A stretch of 64,000 bases of DNA from Lytechinus pictus (taxonomy: Eukaryota): NCBI RefSeq assembly GCF_037042905.1, contig NC_087263.1, forward strand, positions 15,254,001-15,318,000, in the 5' to 3' direction. The translations under genes were made by a program, and so were the position numbers. How positions within the stretch are numbered: the first letter of the stretch is position 1; each line of letters opens with the position of its first letter. The notes under the pieces are model-generated. The model did not search any database. It had not been told where the DNA came from and saw nothing but the letters and a program-made list of their open reading frames with translations. Below, piece after piece: positions 52,734 through 64,000 of this stretch.

Positions 52734-53209
52734 GGTGGTTTCAAACCGCCTCGATCATAAAAATCCCCGTTAAATTACGAGAACTTTTTTAGGCTAAAAA
52801 ATACCCATTAATTATTCCTGCATTCACACCGCCCCGAAACATACCCTTCGTGATAAGTTCCTGAAGTTACGAGCATGCGCAGTATGGTCTGATAAGCAGG
52901 CACGGCGCGAGATTCAAAACCACTAGCCCAGCAGCCACCCACGGCGCTCGCGCCCAACTACACGCTGGGCTTAAAGTTCCCGTAAATTGCTTTCACATTG
53001 CCAAAATACCTGCAACCTTGGAAAAATCCCCGCGAAAGTTCTTGTAATTTTGACAAGTACCTACTATTAAGTGGGTATTTTCTTTCGGGGAGATTACGCA
53101 TAATTTGCTTTCACATTGCCAATATTACCTGGTATTTTCTGATCGGGGTAAATTTCCCGATCAGAAAATACCCTGGAACTGATGAACTTCGAGGCGGTCT
53201 GAAACCACT
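52734..53209 (-). mobile_element. MITE family A, copy 2
   Basis: Reverse complement of 3373-3857; TA-flanked. Confidence 0.9.
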
Positions 53210-53464
53210 TATTGGGTAGGAAGATATATATTTCTAAGTATGGACAATAAAATGATAGTGTAAATCATAAAAAAGTGACATAATTGGGTAGAATGACATA
53301 AAAAGATTAAAGTATTGACAGTAACACTGATTTTGTGAATCCAAAGAACATATAAACATTCACATGAGAATATTCTTCCATTATTCAATTATGTATCTAT
53401 CTGAAATTCTTTTTAAGACTGTTGTCCATGTATTTACTTACATCTTCATTTATTAACTACAACC

Positions 53465-53590
53465 GGGCATGGTGGCTCAGTGGTAGAGCCTCCGCCTCAT
53501 GAACGGGAGTTCATGGGTTCAATCCCTGGCCATGTCATACCAAAAATGGAACCTTCTGCCTTCTTGCTCAGTGGTCAGTATTTAGATTCA
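53465..53590 (+). mobile_element. tRNA-derived SINE 5' part (Meta-core-like)
   Basis: TGGCTCAGTGGTAGAG A-box, GGTTCAATCCC B-box, then GTCATACCAAAAATGG..CTGCCTTC. Confidence 0.7.
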
Positions 53591-53981
53591 AGAAGAGTAC
53601 GAGTTTTTTCTTTCACATTGATGTTTTGAAATCATTTACCTCTTATGTGTTTGTCATCACATAAGATGTTGGTCAATTTTAATGTTTTTTTCATTTCTTA
53701 CTGTATCACCTCTGTCAGCACTAACTTTCTGCAGTAGAAGAAAATACAAATGTTATAATACAAATATCTCAAAATTGAATAGCGCCATCTTCTCATTTAT
53801 GTTTCATACTTAAACAGTCTATGCTTTTTTCAAGAAATTATCAGCATTAATGCAACTTTACTCATTACTATTATTATATTTTCTCCACCCCCAACATATA
53901 CAAAAATAATCTGATATTACAAAAAAATCATGTAGATATAGGCCTATTAGCATAAAATCATGGTTAGATTGCAAATACACA

Positions 53982-54153
53982 TGGGCATTTTCACGGTTAC
54001 ACGGCACAATTTTACACACTTTTCATTGTGTGTATGATTATCTCTAAAACAACAAATGCTTTTAAGCAAACTCCCATCATTTGTTGTTTTAGAGATAATC
54101 ATACACACAATGAAAATTGTGCCATGTAACGTCAGTTACCATGAAAATGCCCA
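53982..54153. mobile_element. Hairpin MITE with a perfect 39-bp inner stem
   Basis: Outer TGGGCATTTTCA / TGAAAATGCCCA; inner arms 54020-54058 and 54078-54116 are exact reverse complements. Confidence 0.8.
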
Positions 54154-56052
54154 CATCATGTCTTACATCTTGGTGCATGTCCTCCTTTATTCAACTTTTA
54201 CAAATGATTATTTGTCTTTCAGATAATCCAACTTATCAGTTAGTAGCTTCATTTACGTACCTTGTCTATAGATTTTGTATTTATTTGTGTTTATTTTCAA
54301 AATGGCCTCCCCCCTTTAACATCCCTCCATAAAGATAAATCATGCTCTGTAATTAATCAACATCTAATGGGTTCCCATCCATTGCATTCATGATGTACAT
54401 GGTCACAAGAGCAGTCATAATTGATGCAATAAATCTAGATATTTATTTAATTTCAAAGATGATTTAGCCTTGCAATGTCATCATTGCCTCCTTGGTATTA
54501 AAAATGAGGACCTGATTACACAAGCATCAAGTTTTAAAGTACACACTCAAAGAATCAAAAGTATTTTATGACTTTTTGTTGTCATCATTGTAAAGAGGAA
54601 GTATTACTATTTACTAATCAGATATATAACTTCACTTTTCAAAATAGTGATTAGAGTTTGCAGAAATCAGCTCTCAATAATGACTTATTTTCATGCCACA
54701 TTTCTGCCTTCATCGGTCCTCCAGCGAGCTCCAGTATGAGTGATGTCACACAGTGAGCAGTGATCAGCTGAGCTGTCAGCAGCCCATTGAAGACGATCTT
54801 TCCAATCAGCATTTTGTGCTCTTAGAATTGTTTATTCCTCATTAGATTGGTCTTATTATATAGATAAAAGTTGTAATTTTCTGAACAGTAAAATAAAATG
54901 CACATTTAATGAATTTTTTTTCATGAAATGTATGTGAATAAACAAAGCATATATCCCAATTGCTAGCACCATGCATGCATTCTGATGAGGCCATACAGTC
55001 ACTTTGAAGTTCATTTTTTTACATCCACTGGAACCTTTTCTTTTCCAGCTCCACAAAGGGTGGTTCAAATTGACTTTAGATGAAGCAATGTTAGAAGAAA
55101 AACATAATTTAAAAAGTTTACACAGAAGAATTAAACCCTTAATCCCATCCCATTGTACAAAATGCAGGATAAATTCCACATTTTAGTAGGCTTTAGATTG
55201 TACAGGTTAATGGAATAAAATAATACAGTCTAAATTTCCAAATTTTTGCAGGCTCTATAATGGAGGTGGATCAGGATAAAGTTGTTATTTATTTTTTTTT
55301 TTTTATTCATTCATTCATTCATTCATTCGTTTGTTTGTTTATTTATTAATTTATGTATTTATTTATAAGTCTTTTTAGTAGAGTGGCTTCATCAGTAACT
55401 GGACTAAATTTCAAAATTTAGGCAGGCTCTATATTGTAGCAGGTGGAATAGGATAAAATCAGTCTAAATTTCCATCTTTCAAGATTTTTTGCATATGTAC
55501 TACATCATGCTTTGACATCTTCTTGTCAACTTTTAGAGTTATTGACAAGCTAATGATGGTATGATGAACCGGCATCACATTGATAACAACCATGCTGGCT
55601 AATACTAATCCTAAAAAATAAAATTATGCATGAGGGGAAACAAAGCACTGCACATTACATATAGCTGCTAATTATAGGGTCTATGTATTTTGCACTCATA
55701 GAGGGAAATTACTAATTTTGTCAAGGCTTCAAAATCGAAATATCTGATTTCAGCTGCAATCACTATAACCAACATCCTAAACAGATACCAAGTTCAGGGT
55801 CTCCCGTCTTACCATGGACGTGCCCTCTCACGTCCATGGTCTAACATAGAGTTGTGATTGATCCGATCATCCTCAACGATATGGAAATCCATCATTGTCA
55901 TAATTATTCCACCAGAAATCTGCACAATGTTCTTTGCAAATGAAGATGAAACACACAGAATTGTCAAGACAACAACATACCCAGAAAACATTTTGAACAA
56001 ACGTGCACTTTAGATGTTGGCGTTGCTGGCTTTCCATAGTTGTGGTTGATCT

Positions 56053-56362
56053 GGGCCCCGTCTTACAAAGAGTTACCATTGATCCAATCAATCGAAACTC
56101 TATGGAAATCCATCTGTGATCCAATCAATCGTAACTCTATGGAAATCCATAAGTGTCATAATTTTTTCTACAGGAAATTTGCAAAATGTCCTTTGCAAGC
56201 AAAGGAGAACACACCAAATTGTCAAGAAATCAATGAATTTATGGATATACATTCATATCTAGAAAATCTTTTGAACAAACATGCATTTCATATGTCGACG
56301 TTGCTGGCTTTCCATAGTTGTGATTGATTGGATCAGTCACAACTCTTTGTAAGACAGGGCCC
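56053..56362. mobile_element. GGGCCC-ended MITE, preceded by an older relative (~55848-56050)
   Basis: TIR GGGCCCCGTCTTACAAAGAGTT / AACTCTTTGTAAGACAGGGCCC. Confidence 0.85.
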
Positions 56363-59300
56363 AGCTCATCTCAACATTTAACCATTGTCCGTCTCTTGTG
56401 ACCTCTAAAAATCCTACTGTAAATAAAAAAAAGTTACAATTGATTTCCAGACCACTTCAGATGATGAGCAAATAGTCAATGTAATGATATCCACTTTCAC
56501 ACAGAGGTTCTAGATTGCAATTTGTTACCCTCTTCCCCTCATTTCATTACCACTTCGGAGCCAAAAGGGCATTCACCCATACAGGTCAACAGATTACTTG
56601 TAATATTGAAGTCCTTCTTTGAACAGCTTTGGCTGTTTAAAATTGGTAATCTTATCAATTTAATCTCATAAATGCACGATTCAACATTTGAGAAAAAATG
56701 AAAATTCCTGATCTTGTATGCAGTAAACGGATTGGGAAAAACCTGTACAAGCTCGCAAATTATCATTTCCCTTTTGGGGGGAGGGGGGGGGGGGTCAGCC
56801 TGGACATGATATGTAAACAAACATAAGCACAAGTCTTGAAAATATATTGAGGGTTTTGTCTTGGACTTATCACTTGACATTCTTGCCACATTCAAAGATT
56901 TTTGGATTTGCTCATCTCCCTGGCCTAAATATCCACTTCTCTCCGTGAGGTAAATCCCGACACGAGATGGCGACATTCACTTTCTCTCCATATGACATAT
57001 GGGTGCCTCCAGTGTTGTCATGTTCTGCAGGCAGGCATAATATTCAGAATTCTGATTTATGAGTCAAAACAAATTCCTATCTTCGTCAGGGGTGAATTTG
57101 CTATTACCTGTCCAGTAAATATCAAATTATTGGCAGAATTCAAATATTGATAATTGTGATCTATAATTCCAATCAAATTCCTATTTTTATTTAGTTAATT
57201 AGTTTCAAATGTGTTGAATGTAGATGTCAAATTAGTGGCAGAATCTAAAAAGGGTGGATTAATACCCTATTTTTCACCCTTGTGAATTACAATGCATGTA
57301 CATGTATAGCTTCTTCTGCTAATCTTTACGGGGTTTTTTGGGGGGGTCAGGGCATTTTTTTTTCCTGTTTCTTGGATATTACATCAAATTTCCATTAATT
57401 GGTTGATAATTATGTGAAGTTGGGTTATGGTTAAAAAATATGACCTGAAATTAACAATCTGCCTGCTGATGTCTTACAGTACTGATACATATATTTATAA
57501 TATATATTTGACACATGTTGGGGTTTATGTTGAATTATTTCATGTATAGGCCTATACAATAATAGTAATACAGCAGTGGATTCGTTTCAAGCCACCTACT
57601 CCTAATATCATTGGATTGGTATGCGCGTCTGGTTGCGGGGGATACATTCCACAACAAATTGACCTTAATGTTTCTGTAATTGATTCAATTAGCGTGACAT
57701 AGCTTCTGATGTCTGAAGTTCAATGTGAAGTTATATAAAGATCATACACATATTAACTGGCATACAGATAAGGGGGAGCTGCCGGGGGGGGGGGGGCACT
57801 GAACAACATAAATCTATATGACTGAATAGAAAAAGGAAAGGAAAGGCCAAAGGGTGTATATATATATATATTATATCTAATATTTCTATGTCGTGTTAAT
57901 ATAATTAAACAAAAAATGTCATAAAAACAGATTTTCAATTTCAAAAAAACAATTTTCCATGCTAGTTTCACTCACAATTTCAAAATTTTCCCCTATGCAG
58001 AATGTTGTGCCCCTTCCAATAATATGGCTCATTATGGCAATGCACATATCATTTAATAGAGGCCTAATCATAGTTGATATTTTTCAAATACATTCATGTT
58101 ACCCATAAAAAAAAATACTTGAACCTCCTGTATTTGAGGGGAACAAACATATTTCTTATGTAAAATAATTAAAATGAACGCAGCCCAGAAAACATGACCA
58201 TGTATTGAATATACATACCTTTAATACCAAGTCTCTCCTAATAGTCCGTACCAACTCTCCCCTAAAGGAAGTGAATTGAATTGAAATGAATGATTCCAAC
58301 CCCCCTTTCTTATAATGTTCCTTGACTTTAACCTGTTTTTCTCCATTTCCCTAGGCAGCCAACACTCTATACATTTATGTAGTGTCTGAAGAGAATAGTT
58401 TAGGAGAGAAGACTCTGAATTAGGCTCATCATCATCAGCTTGAGTTTTCAAAAAATTCCTCTATTTCTGATCTAACCAACCTTCCTTATCAGAATAATCT
58501 CAATATCATTAGCAACAAATATTTGTCATGAGGACATAATTAGCAGGCTATTTCCTCTACCTATTCATTTTTTTCTCTCTCAATTATGATTTTAAGGCAA
58601 TTTACTTTTATTTTTAAATTATTCAAATTATTTGTTTAATCATTTAATCATTTGTTTATCATTTATTAATTCATTCATTTTTATTCATTATTTTTTCTTA
58701 TTTTCATTCTTATCTATTATTGTTTCATCTATTTCATTTTATTTATCTTTTATTTTCATACATATTTTGTTTTGGTGGTGAGGGAGCACTATTTCATAAA
58801 TTATTGAGCAAATTGGCAGGCCAAGATGCTCTCGGGCCTTGGCTTCGGATAATTTGTTCATACTGTAGTACAGTACTGTCCACCACAAGCTATAAAAAGA
58901 TTAGGCATGAACAGTAACATAATGAGCAAACATTGTTGGTGAGGCATGGCGTATGGGGCAAAAAAAAATTTTTTAAAGCTGCATGTGAGCGAAGCGAGCG
59001 ATTAAAAATGTTGATCTTTTTGTTTTAAAAAAAATCAAATTTTGTGATAGATTTTGACAACATATTTAGAAAATAATGTCTTTTTTTTTTTTTTGGGGGG
59101 GGGGGGTCCATGGCCTCGAAAGCCCCCCCCCCCCATGTGTAGGCCAGTGAACATGAGTATAGCATACATACTCCACAGCTCAAGGTCACATGTCACGCTC
59201 AGAGCAAGTTCCTCCAAACTGGGCCGATGAAGGACGCATTCCTGAATCTTGTCATCAATCTGAGCATCTTCACGATGAAGAAAACTCAGGTTGATGCAGA

Positions 59301-60371
59301 TCAGGCTGTGGAGGCCGCAGCATGCAAATGGCGATGTCTACCGCTCGAGGCCAGAAAGGCGCTAAAGGATGCAGAGGAGACGAGACGCGATAGAGAAGAG
59401 GGCAGCCACAAGCACCCTTCAGAATACATGCATAAGAAGAAGAATTGTTGTCTGCTTGAGATAAGAAGTGACCTGGCTACTTTGTTTGTGCCACTTGTTA
59501 TCTTGGCACATCTTAAGATTCAATTTGTTTTCAGAAATTTAGTTCTAATCATGATTTCAAATAAAGTGGAGAAAAATAGACATCCATAAAAGATTCATCT
59601 GATTGGTAGAACCCAAATAACTTTTTTTTTCTTCAACATTTCACAATAAATTTAGTTTTTGCTTTGTGAGATTTTGCCTACTCATTTCTGCAGGCTTGTT
59701 CACACTAGCGCTGAGTTGCCGTTTATGTCAGCAGCATGGTTGATATTTTATTTGTCTTAAATAGACTATGAATTGTTGCTCAGAATCCACTTTAGAAATA
59801 ATGTTGCGTTTAGGTACGAAGCATAAGTGATTAAATTATGCTAGGAGTCACCTCACACAGAAAAAATGTATTGGACTACACACAAAATGGTTGACTGCAA
59901 TTTTTCAGTTTTAATGTTGGGGCATTTCACGACCAATCTTCTGCAGTGGACCTTTTTGCACTCATATTCTTCTTAAAAAGAATGGAAAGAATTTAATAGC
60001 TGATATTTTCATCATTCTGAAAAATGTAAGTCTGTCGTCTCTTTAAAATTCTCAGAAAATATTTTAAACATTAATAATTCAAACTATAATGGCATTCATT
60101 ACTTGGGCATGTCCCCAATTAGCATTTTGCTTTTCTTACGTGATGTACTGTTTCATGTAAACTTCAGGGTGAGATTTGGTAATAAGAATAAATGCATTTC
60201 AATAGCTACAGATGCAGGGTAATCACATGGTAATCATCCCACACACAAATATGAATAAAGTCAATACAATCCATATCTCTGTCACAGAAAGGGGAGGTGT
60301 TATCATATTCCAATAGTCACTATCGGGGGAATTCCCCTGCCTGATTGAATGACCTTGTGCAGGGACCTCGT

Positions 60372-60952
60372 GAATCATCATTATCACTTCGTCAGCATCA
60401 TTAACATCATCATCATTATCATAATAATAATCATCATCATCATTATCATCATCATTATCATCATCATCATCAAAATCATCATCATATTCATCATCATTAT
60501 CATCATCAAAATCATCATCATCTTCATCATCATTATCATCATCATTATCACCCATCATCACCATTATCATCACCGGCATCATCACCATCACCATCATCAT
60601 CATCACCCCTATCATCACCATTACCATCATCATCATCATTATCATCATTATCATCATCACCACTACCATCACCATCACAACCGCCATCATCACCATAATC
60701 ATCACCGTCATCATCATTACCACCACTATCATCCTCACCATCATCACCATCATCATCATCATCATCATCATCATTATCATCATTATCATCATCATCACCA
60801 CCACCATCATCACCACTACCATCACCACCACAACATCATCATCACCAACATCACCACCACCACCACCACCACCACCACCATCATCATCATCATTATCACC
60901 ATCACCACCACCATCACCACAACCACCACCATCATCACTGTCATCATCATAA
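60372..60952. repeat. (CAT/CAC)n microsatellite
   Basis: Trinucleotide array visible directly. Confidence 0.95.
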
Positions 60953-61862
60953 TCTACTAACCAACCTGCATACAATATCCAAGAATATGAATAAGATCAT
61001 TATGACCAATATTCTCTACCACAACCCTATGCAATGCAAGGGGAGATCTATGTGTTACCACATACCAGTCTAGTCACTATCAGGGGAATTCCCATGCTTG
61101 AGTCAATGACCTCGTGCAGTGACCTCGTGAATTAATCCATTCATGAAATATACACTCTCAGCTCTCAGGGGAGATGTATCATACCTAACCTTTCTCAGAA
61201 AATGAATGTAATCTACATGTTGTCATTCATCACATTAGACAGAGTGGATCCATGCATGAGAGATAAAGGACATTGCAGTACATGTACATGCCATGTATGG
61301 GATGATTTGCGGTGAGGGGCAAAGATGTCCCCCCCCCCCCCCCACCAGGGGAGGTTTCATCAACATTTTCGTCTGACAACTTCCCCTCAATTTGATTGGC
61401 TGAGAACGACTGTTACTAGGGTAACTGTCACATAAAACGGTAGGCCTACTTGTCTGATAAAACAATGAGAAGTCCTTTCATTACTGCTCCCAGTTCCATT
61501 CTCTCATATATTTCTCAATCTCCTCTATGAATTAAAGTGACATGGTGTTTCTCTACAATTTGCAGTCAACATGGGCTGAAATCCTAGAGGTTAGGGGGTT
61601 GGGGGCATAGAGGGACATGTCCCCCCTTTCAAATTTTTTTTTTTAATAGCCTATAGGAGGAGGTTGTGTTGCCTCCCCCCCCCCAAAAAAAAAAAACAAA
61701 AAAAAAAAAAACAGTTTGATGTATCAAGTGCTGTCTCTCCACAGGCCCCCTGAATGTAGTGAGCAAGCTAATGGTGTCACCTACCCATTCATTCTTTTGT
61801 ATTTCATTAGGCCTAAATAAAATCATATTCATCAAATCTTTGCCCCAAAAATGTAAAAATAT

Positions 61863-62400
<538 letters not shown>

Positions 62401-62471
62401 GGGAAAGTTGGGAAATGACATCATCAGCTCATCTATTGCATATTCAATGAGGACATGCATGCATGCATACT

Positions 62472-62700
62472 GGTGTGTTGGCTCAGTTGGTAAACCGGGA
62501 GGTCGGGGGTTCAAACCCTGGCCGCGTCAGACCAAAAGAATGGGAGTTCCTGCTACCCTGTTTGGCGTTCAACGATTAAAGGGATAGAGCCTCGTCGATC
62601 TGGCGCTGCACTGCGGCTGCCGGGCCCACGATCAATGGGGCAAAGAAAATTTTTGGAGTATTTCATTTCATGTCTATTTCGAACAATAAAATATGGAAAA
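62472..62700 (+). mobile_element. tRNA-derived SINE (Meta-core-like) with an internally deleted head
   Basis: TGGCTCAGTTGGTA A-box, GGTTCAAACCC B-box and GTCAGACCAAAAG..GGGAGTTCCTGCTACCCTGTTTGGCG core. Confidence 0.75.
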
Positions 62701-64000
62701 AATATGGATGAGATCATTTCCATTAGATTGGCCTGATTCAAAACTTTGAAATCCCTTTTTAATCTCTTTTCAAGTTTGATCTTTTCTTCAAATATCTAAA
62801 AAGGGATCAAAAGTTTCAATAAGATTGGTCTGATTCAAAACATGCATGGAACTGTAATAGCAAATAAAGCAAAACTTTTAACATGTCATAACTTTGCCAT
62901 TCTCCAATTTTGATCTCTTTAGATGTTTCATCCTCGTGTACCCCTTTAAGATGACCCAAGAGAAAAGATGTGCCCTTCTTCCAGAAGTTCATTGGAAATC
63001 CCAGAGTAGTTCAAGAGGAATAAAATGGTCCTATTGTCCAAGACCACTCCTACCGATTATTAAGAGCTCTTGAAATGTTTATGTGGATCTTCATTCAGGT
63101 CATGGAGGTAAATCAATTCACTTCTTTGAAATCATTGGACAAAGTCCCCATTCATATTGCTAAAAAATGAAAATTCTACTGAAAAATGAGGGAAAGATAA
63201 CAGCTCACTATAAAATCTATTTTTGCGGAAGTTTCTGAAAATGTTGTTAAATCAGAAATTTAGATTTACCCTCAAAAAGGAAAAAGCATACAAAATAATT
63301 GATAAAAACTTACAGATTTATGTGACATTTAGTCAATAATAATATAGGCCTAAAAATGAAAAGCAAACAATTGTACAATATATAGAACGAAGCATGATTA
63401 CATTAGAATGAAAATTAAAATGAAAGAAACACTGGGGGTATATGCATTATGCGAACTGCAAAAAAGTGACAGATCGTACTTACAGCATAATCCATAAGAC
63501 CCATTTTTTACACAAAATATTTCATAGTTTTCATGCCAAAAAGGGAAGATATTCAGGTCTGACGTGTAATGTAAATGCCCATTTTCCCTTTTTCAGTGCC
63601 TATGCCCACATACAGGCCTACATAATTCCGCGAACAGATCTTGTACAAAAAAATGCCTTGTGTGAATGACCCTGGTGTCCATTTTGAGATTAATGTGACA
63701 AGTTCAACTGAACAGGGCCATTACCTCAAATACCTTTAAACAGAGTAAACTTTATTCTGGCTTCCTTATCTCTAATTTCCTCAGAAATAAATAAAGGCCG
63801 TCTGTGTTCATGATATGGAATGCCAACCACAAGTGTTGACTGTTGACGGCTGCCAAGTTTGTACAAAATTATTGTTTTCTTCTTTTTTTCAAAGAAAAGT
63901 TAATTGGCATGAAAAGTAGTTCATAGAAATGTCACTGCTGCTTCATAACATTTTACTGGATATTTTAGTTTCCATCCAGGCTTTTACAGAGACCATTCCT

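Noticed and set aside
53465..53535. tRNA genes at SINE heads (also 8863, 19453, 45784, 62472)
   Set aside because: Cloverleaf stems are broken and most heads continue directly into SINE bodies.

Overview
This is AT-rich eukaryotic non-coding DNA, with no prokaryotic features, CRISPR array or rRNA. Repeat styles (tRNA-headed Deu/Nin- and Meta-core SINEs, TTAA-flanked Kolobok-like MITEs, foldback elements, (CAT)n and (GAAA)n arrays) suggest a marine invertebrate deuterostome, probably a sea urchin; this is an inference. No intact, recognisable protein-coding gene is present, and nearly all listed ORFs are microsatellite or repeat artefacts. The only clear protein homologies are two dead CR1/L2-group LINE fragments (39779-41433, 29786-30074). 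The window holds about 30 non-autonomous transposons, several of them nested. The most notable items are: (i) two adjacent, oppositely oriented Helentron-type rolling-circle elements (46138-47776, 48026-49290), one carrying a tRNA-like Pol III cassette and DR0/DR2/DR5 nuclear-receptor motifs; (ii) a hAT-like element with a 6-bp TSD; (iii) foldback and palindrome-rich elements; (iv) a candidate minus-strand promoter and non-coding first exon at about 31.0-31.6 kb with a tight TAATCC (Otx-type) cluster. I cannot support a claim of a wholly new biological system from the sequence alone.
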